64,000 nucleotides of DNA from Bdellovibrionales bacterium (lineage in GTDB: Bacteria; Bdellovibrionota; Bdellovibrionia; Bdellovibrionales; UBA1609). The position numbers and the translations under genes are program-made. The stretch lies in assembly GCA_965219095.1 (NCBI GenBank), contig OZ244719.1, positions 1-64,000 on the forward strand. Reading direction: 5' to 3'. Shown piece by piece: positions 11,012-22,300 of this stretch (positions within the stretch are counted from its first letter, which is position 1; each line of letters opens with the position of its first letter). Under the pieces are notes generated by a model, which saw only the letters and a list, made by a program, of their open reading frames with translations, was not told the DNA's origin and searched no databases.

Positions 11012-12152
11012 TATACTCCTTCCGTTTAAGTTTTCCGTTTTTTTTGAGTTGAGGTCTAGTTTTTATTCTAAGGTTTTGATAAAAAGTCATTTGTTTTTAA
11101 AAATAGTTTCATATGTCAGGGTTTCTATCAAAAAAAGAGCGAGAAGATTTACTCTATGAACTATCTCTAGAGAAAAATCTTAAATACGCAAAAAGGATTA
11201 TGACAATTCTCCATTTAGATAAAGGTAAGTTGTGTAAAGATATTGCCTGCTTTCTTTTCATTGATGAGGGCACGATAAGAGCCTGTAGAGATCGTTATAA
11301 CAAAGGTGGGATAGAGTGCTTAATCAACGACAATTACAACCCTAAAAGGTCCTTTTTAACTAAGAAAGAGGAGAAAATGCTTTTAAAGGAATTAGAGAAA
11401 AGAATTTTTCCATCATCACAGTCTGTCATCCAATTCATTGAGGAGAATTTTAGTGTTACGTACTCAACAAGTGGTGTGATTGATCTTCTCCATCGCCTTG
11501 GTTTTTCTTATAAAAAAGCCACAGCGATACCGGGTAAGGCAAAGAAAGAAGAGCAGAAAAAGTTTGTGCGTAAATACAAGAGAATTAAGAAGAAAGACAG
11601 TCCTGTTTACTTTGCTGATTCCACACATCCTGAGTGGGGCCCTACGATTTCATATGGTTGGATAAGAGAGGGTAAGAAGTTTGAAGTGAAGACCAATTCA
11701 GGCTGGAGAAAAAGAGTGAATGTTTGTGGAGCTATTGAGATCAATAGTTTGAAGACGGTAGTCAGGAGTTATAAGACAGTTAACGAAGTTTTTCTATGTG
11801 ATATGCTCTATCATATTCATTAAGAAGTATTCCGATGAAAAAGAGATTTATCTTATCTTAGATGGGGCCGGATACAATAGATCGAAGTCTGTCAAGAAGT
11901 TAGCGAAAGAGTTGAATATAAAACTTGTTTATCTTCCTCCGTACTCACCGAATTTAAATCCTATAGAAAGGCTTTGGAAGTTTATGAAAAAAGAGGTCAC
12001 GGCGAATCGATATTATGAAAACTATGACGATTTCAAGGGAAGTTTAAGTCAATTTTTTAGAGGAATACGAAAACACAGATCTAAATTAGAAACTTTGATA
12101 ACTGATAACTTCTCTATCTTAGGAAACTGAAAACCTAAGCGGAAGCACTATA
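11012..12152 (+). mobile_element. IS630-family IS, transposase frameshifted (11113-11823 / 11798-12130)
   Basis: YFADSTH, LILDGAGY and YLPPYSPNLNPIERLW motifs; right end AAACCTAAGCGGAAGCACTATA; one extra T near 11821. Confidence 0.92.
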
Positions 12153-12392
12153 TACTTATTAAAACGCCTTTTGAGTATACAAGTGAGCTTCGTTCTTAAA
12201 AGAATAAAACACAAAGAAAATCAAAATACGAAAAAAAACAAGGATTAATTCTAGAAGAACTTCTCTAATATTTTTGTAATGGGGAAGGTCTTAGGAAAAT
12301 GTCTTACAACAAGATCAATAAAAACTTCTCCTTTAAAATCTAAGAAGTATCCTCCTCAGTAGAAGTCAAAGGCTGTTAAGAAACCGACTTAC
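12153..12392 (+). repeat. Inverted copy of the IS66-like end at 1798-2050
   Basis: Direct sequence comparison; ends AAACCGACTTAC. Confidence 0.85.
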
Positions 12393-12508
12393 GCTAAATT
12401 ATTAACAAGAAAAGGCTCTAAAAGACAAGTTACAGAAAGCTCGTTACTTTCCCATTTTTTTGATTTTATTCACCCCTAACTGCAAGGAATTCAGTGCAAG
12501 CTAAGTTC

Positions 12509-12571
12509 AGAATAGCATATTTTATGCTAATGTGCAATTTAATTGCACATTAGCATAAAATATGCTATTCT
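12509..12571. repeat. 63-bp perfect palindrome (31-bp arms, 1-nt spacer)
   Basis: AGAATAGCATATTTTATGCTAATGTGCAATT-T-AATTGCACATTAGCATAAAATATGCTATTCT. Confidence 0.95.
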
Positions 12572-12577
12572 CTAAGC

Positions 12578-13735
12578 ATGAGCTATATAAAAAGAACACT
12601 GGAAGGAGAACTTAAAAAAATAGCCCGAGAGTATCCTGTGGTAGCCCTACTAGGACCTAGGCAGTCGGGAAAAACAACGATGGTTCAAAAAGTGTTCAGC
12701 AAAAAAAAATATATATCTTTAGAAAATATAGACAATAGAACATTTGCTTTAAATGATCCTAACAAGTTTTTAAACGTTTACGAGAATGTTGTTATTGATG
12801 AAGCACAACGTACTCCCAACTTACTCTCTTATATACAAACTAAAGTGGATAAAGACAAAAAAAAGGGTCAGTTTATATTGACAGGATCCAATCAGCTTTT
12901 ATTAGAGGAAAAAATAACACAGTCTTTAGCCGGAAGAGCCGCTATAGTACGTCTACTCCCTTTATCTATTGAGGAAATAAATCCCCATAAAAACATTGAA
13001 AGTATTGATGAGCTTATCTTTCAAGGATTTTATCCCATTCTTTATTCAGAGAATATAAACAAACAGAGGTGGCTGGATAACTATATAGAAACTTATATTG
13101 ATAAAGATGTACGGCTTATTAAAAACATCACTAACCTATCAAAATTTAATATATTTCTAAGAATGTGTGCTTCAAGAGTAGGGCAGTTAGTTAATCTTCA
13201 ATCTTTGTCTAACGACTGTGGCATCTCTCAAAATTCTATTAAATCTTGGCTCTCTGTCTTAGAGAGCAGCTTTATTATAAAAAGACTAAACCCTTATTTT
13301 AAAAATTATAGAAAAAGACTAATAAAAACTCCAAAAATTTACTTTTACGACACAGGAGTTCTTTGTCGTCTTTTATCTATAAAGAATTTAAATGGTCTTG
13401 CAACACATGCTTTGAAAGGATCCATTTTTGAAAACTTCATTCTTATGGAGATTGAAAAGCATTTTTTTAATCGAGCAGAAAAGACCCCTATTTATTTTTG
13501 GAGGAATAGAGGTGGTCAAGAAATTGACTTTTTATTTGAAGACTCGTGCTTAAAAATTATTGAAGTAAAGTCAAGTGAAACAATAAATAATGAGTTTTTT
13601 AAAAATATAGTATATTTTAAAAAAAATGCAGATCAAAAAGCTAAAGCTTATTTGATTTATTCTGGAACAAAAAGTCATGTAAGAACTTTAGCTCATGTTT
13701 TATCTTGGAAAAAAATAGAAAAACTATTCCTTTAA
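12578..13735 (+). CDS. AAA_14 ATPase with DUF4143 C-terminal domain
   Basis: GPRQSGKT, VIDEAQ, LTGS, LAGR, KTPKIYFYDTG, EIDF..IEVK motifs. Confidence 0.92.
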   Translation: MSYIKRTLEGELKKIAREYPVVALLGPRQSGKTTMVQKVFSKKKYISLENIDNRTFALNDPNKFLNVYENVVIDEAQRTPNLLSYIQTKVDKDKKKGQFILTGSNQLLLEEKITQSLAGRAAIVRLLPLSIEEINPHKNIESIDELIFQGFYPILYSENINKQRWLDNYIETYIDKDVRLIKNITNLSKFNIFLRMCASRVGQLVNLQSLSNDCGISQNSIKSWLSVLESSFIIKRLNPYFKNYRKRLIKTPKIYFYDTGVLCRLLSIKNLNGLATHALKGSIFENFILMEIEKHFFNRAEKTPIYFWRNRGGQEIDFLFEDSCLKIIEVKSSETINNEFFKNIVYFKKNADQKAKAYLIYSGTKSHVRTLAHVLSWKKIEKLFL

Positions 13736-13835
13736 ACGAAATCAAACTTGATTTTTTGGCTCCTCACGAGAATCTGTGAATGAAAGTACCTAAGAAACAG
13801 CTTACTTTTTTTCAAAGGAAATCCTGAAATGAAAT

Positions 13836-14784
13836 TTAAAAATAAAGAAAGAGGCCTATCAGCCCTTTAAAGCCTGAAATATCAACATCAACATCTCCAC
13901 CTTCTTCTTCTAATTCATATGAAAAAGATTTTAAATACCACAATCCTAGTAAGACTCCCGCTTGATGGGAAACAAAATATTTAGCTCCTAAACCTACTGA
14001 TCCAAAAAATCCACTGCCCTTGATCTCGATATCTCCTACCTCTCTACTTTCTTCTTCTCCTTCATTATTCTCTTTCAAATAGCCTAAAGCAAGAGAGATA
14101 AAAGGTGTGATTTGAGACTTTTGGAATTTTTGAAAATTATACCGAAGACCTAAACTAAAAGATAAACTTGATGTTTTAACTTCAAGTCCTTCTTGTTCTC
14201 TTTTAGAAAATTCATATCCTAAACTTATGTAGGGCTCAAAAAGCCCATACAGTTTTGAAAATGAAAGCCCAAGGTTTAGAAGTGAGTTGTCAAACTCCTC
14301 ATTAGTGTCATCAACCTCTGTTTTGAATTTTGAATAAAAACCCCCTAAAGTGATACCTGAGTTGAGTTTATTTGAAGGTTGAAATTGGGAAGATGCCGGC
14401 ATTCTATAACCCGAGTTTCGACTTTTTTCAGGGGGGATATCTAACATTAAATCAGTTGCATGTACAACTGATTTAGAGGCTTCAACGTTAAGTGATTTTA
14501 AAGTATATCCTGTTTTAGCCTCTCCTACAAAATGGAGAAGAAGTCTGTTATTTTTCAAAGCAACAACTCTTCCCGTTCCCCCTAGACAGACCGTCTTCAC
14601 CGACAATAGAGAACTCTTCATTGATGAAAACTTTTTGTCCATGAGTTTCAGCAATGAGTTTTTGCTTGCCTACTTTTATAACCTCAAAAGCTTGAACGTT
14701 GTTTATGAAAAAGAGCAACACAAGAATAGAAACAGTAATATAAGACATTCCCATATAAGAAACTTTATTTCCCATTTTTTTCAT
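13836..14784 (-). pseudogene. Outer-membrane beta-barrel protein, frameshifted
   Basis: Signal-peptide ORF 14548-14784 overlaps barrel ORF 13836-14654 ending GLFLYF; removing one base from the G5 tract (14578-14582) fuses them. Confidence 0.8.
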
Positions 14785-14819
14785 AAAAACCTCCTAAGTT
14801 TTTATTGATAGTAGAATTC

Positions 14820-14846
14820 CTTTCGGCCAAGTTTAAATTAAAATTA
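14820..14846 (-). promoter_or_regulatory. Possible sigma-28 (FliA)-like promoter of the beta-barrel gene
   Basis: TAAT-N15-GCCGAAAG versus consensus TAAA-N15-GCCGATAA. Confidence 0.35.
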
Positions 14847-15333
14847 AGAGTTTTAAGTGATAGAAAGAAATTTTAGACTTTAGTCTTTATTTAGTCGTAT
14901 GTGAAAACCCGACAAAAATCTAAAACTTTTAAGGGAAAAATCTAAAAATATTTTTTGTAAATAGAGAAGTGTTTTTTCTTGACTAAGTTGTTGTTCATTT
15001 AACTTTTAATTTATTTTAAAAATACTACAGCTAATGGTAAGTCGGTTTCTTAACAGCCCTTGACATCCTACTGAGGAGGCGATTTTAAATGAGAAGTTTT
15101 TATTGATCTTGTTGTAAAACTCATTATGAGAAGATCTTATGGTTTTAGAACCCTCTAAAGCTCTAAAAATCGCCTTCATATCATAACCTTGAAAAACTGC
15201 CAGAACCTTCGGAAACTTACAGATTCTTTTGAGGAGGCTTATTTTTAACACTGCCTAAGAGAATGTCGCACGCAAGAGAATAATAATATCATTTGATTCA
15301 GATCTTTATTTTGAAGTTTAAGCTAAATAAAAG

Positions 15334-16856
15334 GGCTCCTCCCGGGAATCTGTGGGTGAAAAGTAGTAGAAATCCCCCAAAAGAGCTCATATTAATCAAA
15401 GTAAGAGTAAGACATTCTATCTTGTATTTTTGAGTTCTTTGAGGCCCTTACTGGCCTCTATCACCTCCGGTGATTGAACTCAAAAACATTCTTTTATTTG
15501 CTTTTATTTGCTGTGTTACATTAAAATTTTAAAAAAGAAGCACCTACTTCCCAGATGCCTTAAAATGTTATTCAAAAAAAAAAAAAAAAAAGGAGGGAAG
15601 AGATGCTTTTGAAGACTATACTAAATGATTGTTTAAGATGGAAGTCTTTTGTATACGGAGACATTTATTTTTCAAAAGATAGAAAGTCAATTAATGTTCC
15701 TATTAAGGCTCGTAAAAATGGCCAAGCTTTTTGTAGTGTTTGTAAGAAGCCCTGTTCAGTGTATGACAGCAGTAAATCATCACGGGACTTTGAATCCCTT
15801 CCTATTTTAAGTTACAGGGTGTTTTTTGTTTATTTTGTAAGAAGAGTTAATTGTTCTTGCTGTGGAGTAAAAGTTGAGTATTTACCTTGGGCAGATGGGA
15901 AGAAAAACCTAACAATTTTTTACATGAAGTACTTAGCTGACTGGTGTCGTCACCTGTCTTGGAAAGAGGTTTCTTGTAAGTTTCATGTCAGTTGGAATCA
16001 GGTCTATGCTTCGGTAGAATGGGTCGTAGAATATGGTTTAAAACAAAGGGTTTTAAAGGGAATACAAGCTATAGGTGTAGATGAAATACAATGGAAAAAG
16101 AACCATCAGTATCTCACCTTAGTCTATGAAATAAGCAAAGAAAGTGTTCGTTTGCTATGGATAGGAGAAAAAAGAACAGAAAAGAGTTTTAGAAAATTCT
16201 TTGATTTACTAGGAGAGAAGTCAAAAGATATACAGTTTGTGTGTTCTGATATGTGGAAGCCCTATTTAAAAGTAATAAAGGAAAGGGCAAGTCAAGCTTT
16301 GAATATATTAGATCGGTTTCATATCGTAGCAAGACTCAATAAGGCTTTAGATGAAGTGAGAGCTTCAGAACACAAAAAAATGAAAGAAGACGGGTATGAA
16401 CCCCTTTTAACAAAAGCTAGATGGCCCTTGTTAAAAAATGCAGAAAATTTAAAATCTTATGAAAAAGTAAAATTAAGGCATTTAATACAGTACAATTTAA
16501 AAAGTATCCGCTGTTATTTTTTAAAAGAAGACTTCCGACAGTTATGGACCTATGTTCCACCAACTTGGGCTGGTAAATTTATAGACAGTTGGACGAGACG
16601 AGTCATGCTTTCAAAAATTGAACCTATGAAAAGAGAAGCAAAAACCATACGAAGACATAAGCTACTTATTCTTAATTACTTCAAGGCTAAAAAAGCCTTC
16701 TCCTCAGGGATTGTAGAGGGTTTAAACAACAAAGTAAAACTCACTATGAGAAAATCTTACGGCTTTAGAACCTCTAAAGCTATAAAAATCGCCTTATATC
16801 ATAACCTTGGAAAACTGCCAGAACCTCCGGGAACCCACAGATTCTTTTGAGGAGGC
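15334..16856 (+). mobile_element. ISL3-family IS, copy 2 (intact); transposase 15603-16850
   Basis: Near-identical to copy 1; 8-bp TSD AATAAAAG at 15326-15333 and 16857-16864. Confidence 0.95.
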
Positions 16857-17216
16857 AATAAAAGTAACATCTTTAAAAAACCTATCAGTTTTTTAGGTAG
16901 GAAAATATAGAGCTATTCTTAATAAGGTTATTTTAAAAGGTTAATTTTTAAGAATCAAGTTTTAAAAAAATCTCTTTCTTATAAAAATTATGAACTCCAT
17001 CAACTTATAAAAAATCTATTTTTTTATCTGATGGAGCAAGTGATTTTAAGCTAATTTCAATGCGTAATCTCCCTTTTTTTAAGAAGGGTCCTTTAGAAAG
17101 CTCGGAGTTTTTTGCTTGACTCCGACTTTTCGATTTCTCGCTCATACAATTAGGATAACAAATAACTCTTATCTTATACAGTTGACTTCTCATAAAAATC
17201 GATCTATTCAAGACTT

Positions 17217-19580
17217 ATGTCTTTTGATCATATGAAAATAGAAAACAAATGGCAAAAAAAATGGGAGAAGTCAGAGTGCTTTAAAGCTATTGATGAGAGC
17301 CCTAAACCAAAGTTTTATGCTTTAGATATGTTCCCCTATCCTTCCGGTTTAGGACTACACATAGGACATTTAGCCTCTTATACGCCAACTGATATTGTCT
17401 CAAGGTACAAAAGAGCTAAAGGTTTTAATGTCCTCCATCCTATGGGCTATGATGCTTTTGGTTTGCCGGCAGAACAGTTTGCTATACAAACAGGAGTTCA
17501 CCCAGAAAAAACTACTATGAAAGCTATTAAAAATTTTCGCAAACAACTCAAAAGTTTTGGCTTTAGTTTTGATTGGAACCGTGAAATCTGCACTTGTAAG
17601 CCTGATTATTATAAATGGACTCAATTTATTTTTTCAAAGCTTTATGAAAAAGGCTTAGCTTATGAAAAAGAGATTCCTGTGAACTGGTGTCCTGCTTTGA
17701 AAACAGTCCTTGCTAATGAAGAAGTAATCGATGAAAAGAGTGAAAGAGGTGGTCACCCTGTATTAAGAGTTCCTATGAAGCAGTGGATGTTGAAAATTAC
17801 AGACTATGCTGAAAGGCTAATTAAGGATCTTGATAAAGTAGATTGGCCTGACCCAACTAAAGAAGCTCAAAAAAACTGGATTGGAAAAAGTCAAGGAGCT
17901 AGGATTTACTTTAAACTAAAGAATCTTAATGAAACTTTAGAAGTTTTTACTACACGATCTGACACTCTGTTTGGTGTCACTTTTATGGTTCTAGCTCCTG
18001 AACACCCCTTAATCTCCAAATTAAAACTCACTTACAAAGTTAAAGAGTATATAGAAAAAGCTAAAAATAAAAGTGAAAAAGAACGCAAAATTTCAAAGGA
18101 AAAAACAGGTCATTTTTTAGGTGAATATGCTCTTCACCCTTTCCATAAAAAAGATATTCCTCTTTGGGTGTCTGATTATGTTTTAGCAGACTATGGTTCA
18201 GGAGCCATTATGGCTGTTCCTGCTCATGATGAAAGAGATTATGAATTTGCTAAAAAATTCAATATCGAAATTATACCCATTATAAAACATAAAAACCTTC
18301 CCTTTATCGGTGATGAAAAGCACATAAATTCTTTTTTCTTAAACAATCTTAAAAACAAAGAAGCAATTCATAAAATGAATGAAGAGCTTGAGAAAAAGAA
18401 ATTAGGAAGAATTGAAGTGCAATACAAATTAAGGGACTGGCTTTTCAGCCGGCAAAGATACTGGGGAGAGCCTTTCCCTCTTGTAAGATATAATGAAGAA
18501 ATTAAGCTTTTGAATTATGACGAACTTCCTGTTACTTTACCAAAGATTGATAACTACTCTCCCACAGACTCGGGAAAATCTCCTTTAGAGCAAAGTGAAA
18601 CCTTTGTAAATTATAAAAAAGGGGGGAAACGTATCACACACACTATGCCTGGATCAGCAGGTTCTTCTTGGTATTTTTTACGTTACACTGACCCTCATAA
18701 CGATGAAGAGCCTTTCAGCTTTAAGAAGCAAAAATATTGGATGCCTGTAGATCTTTACATAGGAGGCGACGAACATACTGTAGGACATCTTCTTTATGCT
18801 AGATTCTGGCAAAAAGTTTTATTCGATATAGGACTTACAAGCTATGATGAACCTTTTCAAAAACTTGTACATCAAGGTGTTATTTTAGATTCCAAAGGTA
18901 TACGCATGTCAAAATCAAGAGGCAATGTAGTCAACCCTGATGAAGTAAGAAAGGATTATGGCTCAGATTGTATGAGACTTTATATCAGTTTCCTTGGCCC
19001 CTTTGAAAAAGACAAACCTTGGTCAACAGAAGGCCTAGGAGGTATACAGCGTTTCATGAAAAGAACATGGACTCTTTTAGAAAACACTTTAAAGAAAGAA
19101 GAGCTTGCGTCTCAAAATATTGAATCCTGTCTACACAAAACAATTAAAAAAGTCAGTGAAGACATAGAAACACTCCATTTCAATACAGCCATCAGTGCTA
19201 TAATGATTTTAATCAATGAAATTTATAAAGAAGGTGCCATTACTTCCAAATACATTTTAAAAACCCTCTCTCAACTTCTTATGCCTTTTTCCCCCCATTT
19301 TGCAGAAGAAATATGGGAAAAACTAGGAGAAGAGGGCTTTGTGAGCTTAGCTCCTTGGCCTCAATACAATCCCGAGCTTATAAAAGAAGATATAATCGTC
19401 TTAGGGGTTCAGTTAAATGGAAAAACGAAAGGAACTATAGAACTTTCTGTTGAAGCTACTGAAGAAGAGGCACTCAAAAAAGCTCAATCTTTAGCCCCCA
19501 TATTAAAGACCCTTCAAAAAAAGAAACTCTTCAAAACAATCTATAAACAAGGAAAAATTTTAAATCTTATTGTGAAATAA
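17217..19580 (+). CDS. leuS: Leucine--tRNA ligase
   Basis: MFPYPSG.GLHIGH, DWLFSRQRYWG, RMSKS. Confidence 0.97.
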   Translation: MSFDHMKIENKWQKKWEKSECFKAIDESPKPKFYALDMFPYPSGLGLHIGHLASYTPTDIVSRYKRAKGFNVLHPMGYDAFGLPAEQFAIQTGVHPEKTTMKAIKNFRKQLKSFGFSFDWNREICTCKPDYYKWTQFIFSKLYEKGLAYEKEIPVNWCPALKTVLANEEVIDEKSERGGHPVLRVPMKQWMLKITDYAERLIKDLDKVDWPDPTKEAQKNWIGKSQGARIYFKLKNLNETLEVFTTRSDTLFGVTFMVLAPEHPLISKLKLTYKVKEYIEKAKNKSEKERKISKEKTGHFLGEYALHPFHKKDIPLWVSDYVLADYGSGAIMAVPAHDERDYEFAKKFNIEIIPIIKHKNLPFIGDEKHINSFFLNNLKNKEAIHKMNEELEKKKLGRIEVQYKLRDWLFSRQRYWGEPFPLVRYNEEIKLLNYDELPVTLPKIDNYSPTDSGKSPLEQSETFVNYKKGGKRITHTMPGSAGSSWYFLRYTDPHNDEEPFSFKKQKYWMPVDLYIGGDEHTVGHLLYARFWQKVLFDIGLTSYDEPFQKLVHQGVILDSKGIRMSKSRGNVVNPDEVRKDYGSDCMRLYISFLGPFEKDKPWSTEGLGGIQRFMKRTWTLLENTLKKEELASQNIESCLHKTIKKVSEDIETLHFNTAISAIMILINEIYKEGAITSKYILKTLSQLLMPFSPHFAEEIWEKLGEEGFVSLAPWPQYNPELIKEDIIVLGVQLNGKTKGTIELSVEATEEEALKKAQSLAPILKTLQKKKLFKTIYKQGKILNLIVK

Positions 19581-19619
19581 AACCTAGACTTTTGGTAGCT
19601 TTTCACAGGCTATTATAGA

Positions 19620-20870
19620 TCAACTTATCTTGATGGTCATAATTTTTTCTTTTGTGTACCTTACACGCCCTAGACGATCTCCTTTGATAGGTTGGACAAA
19701 ACGCACTTCTGTCAAAAGAACATCAAATTTTTCACCTTCTTTGAGTTCTGAAGAAGAACGAAAATTATGCTGAATAAAAAAATGACAAACTTCTTCAAGT
19801 TCCTTTTGTGCTATTCTCTGCTTCTTATTGCGACGGATAATACCATGAGCTCCCGGATAATCCTTCAAATGAAGCCAAAAATACCAAGGCTTAGCATAAC
19901 GAAGAAGGGATAAATTATCTTTTGCTGAACGTCCCACCCAACAAGAACAGTGAAAAAACTCTTTCTTTTTTCCTTTAAACTTTAATTGCAAAAAGGGATC
20001 AGACTTCTTTTTTTCTTTTTTTGTTAATTGAGTTTTAGTTAATAAAGCTTCTAATTCACTTTTTCTTTTCTCCAAGCGATCTATCTTACCCTTTAAGCCC
20101 TTTGACAGTTTATAAGCTTTCTGCAAAAGTTCATAGACTGTCATATCTTTATCCACAAACTTAAGAAATTCCTGAGGCAGTTTTTCAAGAGAAAGATTTT
20201 TAGGAAGAATTTCTTTCTCTATAAAATAAGCTAATCTTTTATAAACATCATCCTTATATAAAAGAAGTTGCTCTTTAATTTGTTTTAAAGCTTTCTTTCT
20301 CTTCTCTTTTGTTTCATCTTGTTTTTTCACTCTTTTAAGTGTTGAAGACCTCTTTAAAGCAAACCATTCATCTTCTATAGATTTTAAATCACGCACCTCA
20401 AAAGGTTTTTTAAAAGTTTTACTATAACCTTCATGAGTCTTTTTTATTTCTTTTACTTTAAACCAACTCATTTTTTTCTCTCCTGCTTTTATAATAAAGT
20501 TACACCCTTTAGAGAAAAACCTAAACTCCCATAAAAACCTTTCTTTAAAATGAAAAAACAGAATGCGATCTTGACTTGATTTAAGAATTACAGAATCAAC
20601 TTTTAAGCCTTTAAAATGAGCTTTTAAAAAAAGTGAAACAGGCTTTGTTTTAGCTTGAAATCCCTGTGAAAAAGAAGGATTCTTATCAAAAAGAAAACAA
20701 ACAGGATGGGATATGGAAAAATCAAACCACAAATAATAAACTTGTCCCTTCTTATAGAAAATGGTGAGAAGATCTCGTTCTGAGGAAATAACATTTTGAA
20801 GCACAGAAGCCTTTAAAAATTGTAATCGCTTTTCTAATTGAAGAGCTTCCTCTCCATTCACAGGCTTCAT
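19620..20870 (-). CDS. NFACT/RqcH-like RNA-binding protein
   Basis: C-terminal VGRSAKDN..L, WLHLKDYPGAHGII (NFACT-R/DUF814-like). Confidence 0.75.
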   Translation of the reverse strand: MKPVNGEEALQLEKRLQFLKASVLQNVISSERDLLTIFYKKGQVYYLWFDFSISHPVCFLFDKNPSFSQGFQAKTKPVSLFLKAHFKGLKVDSVILKSSQDRILFFHFKERFLWEFRFFSKGCNFIIKAGEKKMSWFKVKEIKKTHEGYSKTFKKPFEVRDLKSIEDEWFALKRSSTLKRVKKQDETKEKRKKALKQIKEQLLLYKDDVYKRLAYFIEKEILPKNLSLEKLPQEFLKFVDKDMTVYELLQKAYKLSKGLKGKIDRLEKRKSELEALLTKTQLTKKEKKKSDPFLQLKFKGKKKEFFHCSCWVGRSAKDNLSLLRYAKPWYFWLHLKDYPGAHGIIRRNKKQRIAQKELEEVCHFFIQHNFRSSSELKEGEKFDVLLTEVRFVQPIKGDRLGRVRYTKEKIMTIKIS

Positions 20871-22300
20871 TCAGAGATTAAACCATCAGATGATTCATCT
20901 ACCCCTTCTTCAGAGTCATCTAAGAGGCTAATTTTGTATTTTTCTGCTCTGTATCTCATAGAACGAAAACTAATGTTCAATAACTCAGCTGCCTTTTTCT
21001 TATTCCCTCCTGCCGTATGAATAGACTTTACAATCAATTCCTTTTCAAGCTGGCCTAAAATCTTATCTAAATCAATACCTTTATCTGTCATAACCACTTC
21101 TTGTGCTGAAACAATTTTTACACCCTCTGGTGTATTGATAAAAGGAGGTAAACTTTCAGGAAGTAGCATATTACCCCCTTCTAAGGCCACAGTTCTTTCT
21201 ATGATATTTTCAAGCTCTCTTACATTTCCAGGATAATCATAGTTAGTGAGAACTTCAATCGCATCTTTGCTAAGATCCACAATGTTTTTATTAAACTTTT
21301 TGTTGAATTTTTCTAAAAAATGACGAGCTAAGAGGGAAATGTCTTCTTTCCTATCACGCAGAAGAGGACAGGGAATGCGAATGACATTTAATCGATAATA
21401 AAGATCCTCTCTAAATACACCTTTCTTAATCATAAATTCTAAATTTTGGTTTGTGGCTGCAATAATACGTACATCAACATGAATGTCTTCTATACTGCCC
21501 ACTTGACGAATGATTTTCTCTTGTATGGCTCTTAAAAGCTTCACTTGAACTGAAAGAGAAAATTCACCTACTTCATCTAAAAACAAAGTTCCTCCATCGG
21601 CTATCTCAAAAAGTCCTTTTTTATCCACATAAGCTCCTGTAAAAGAGCCTTTTTTATGACCAAACAATTCACTTTCTATAAGATTCTCAGGTAAAGCTCC
21701 GCAGTTAACTGTCACAAAGGATTTATCTTTTATAGAACTCTTGTTATGAATGGCTCTTGCAACCATTTCTTTTCCTGTGCCGGATTCCCCTGTAATTAAG
21801 ACATTTGTAGAAGTCTGAGATACCCTCTCAATCATATGAAAAACATCCTTTAAAACACCCGAATTACCAATAAAATTCTCTATATCAAAGCTTTTTTTCA
21901 ATTCTTTTTTGAGCATTTTATTCTCTTCTCTTAAAAAATTTCTAGAAAGAGTATTTTTTATATTGATTCTAACTTCATCAATTTTAAAAGGCTTAAGTAT
22001 ATAATCATAAGCTCCTAGCTTCATAGCCTCTACAGCTGTCTCTGTCGTTCCAAAAGCTGTAATCATTAAAAACAGAAGAGTCGGATCTTGATCTTTAGCT
22101 TTCTTTAAAAGTTCGATTCCCGTCATCTTAGGCATTTGAAGATCAGAGATTACCAAGTCAAAAGACTTTTTCTGAAACAAATCAAAAGCTTTTTGACCAT
22201 CCTCAGCTACTGTCACATCATAGCCTTCTTTTTTCAACATAATGTCAAGAAATTCACGAATAGATGGTTCATCATCTACGACTAAAATTCTAGGATTCAT
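20867..22300 (-). CDS. pilR: Sigma-54-dependent response regulator (PilR-like)
   Basis: REC domain, GESGTGKE, GSFTGA, C-terminal Fis HTH; follows a histidine kinase in the pil operon. Confidence 0.85.
   Translation of the reverse strand: MNPRILVVDDEPSIREFLDIMLKKEGYDVTVAEDGQKAFDLFQKKSFDLVISDLQMPKMTGIELLKKAKDQDPTLLFLMITAFGTTETAVEAMKLGAYDYILKPFKIDEVRINIKNTLSRNFLREENKMLKKELKKSFDIENFIGNSGVLKDVFHMIERVSQTSTNVLITGESGTGKEMVARAIHNKSSIKDKSFVTVNCGALPENLIESELFGHKKGSFTGAYVDKKGLFEIADGGTLFLDEVGEFSLSVQVKLLRAIQEKIIRQVGSIEDIHVDVRIIAATNQNLEFMIKKGVFREDLYYRLNVIRIPCPLLRDRKEDISLLARHFLEKFNKKFNKNIVDLSKDAIEVLTNYDYPGNVRELENIIERTVALEGGNMLLPESLPPFINTPEGVKIVSAQEVVMTDKGIDLDKILGQLEKELIVKSIHTAGGNKKKAAELLNISFRSMRYRAEKYKISLLDDSEEGVDESSDGLISE

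Noticed and set aside
11798..11823. Programmed frameshift in the IS630 transposase
   Set aside because: No slippery A-run at the junction; one extra T explains it.
14407..14426. 20-bp match TAACCCGAGTTTCGACTTTT to 62162-62181
   Set aside because: Lies in frame inside the barrel gene with no partner end or TSD; no function can be assigned.
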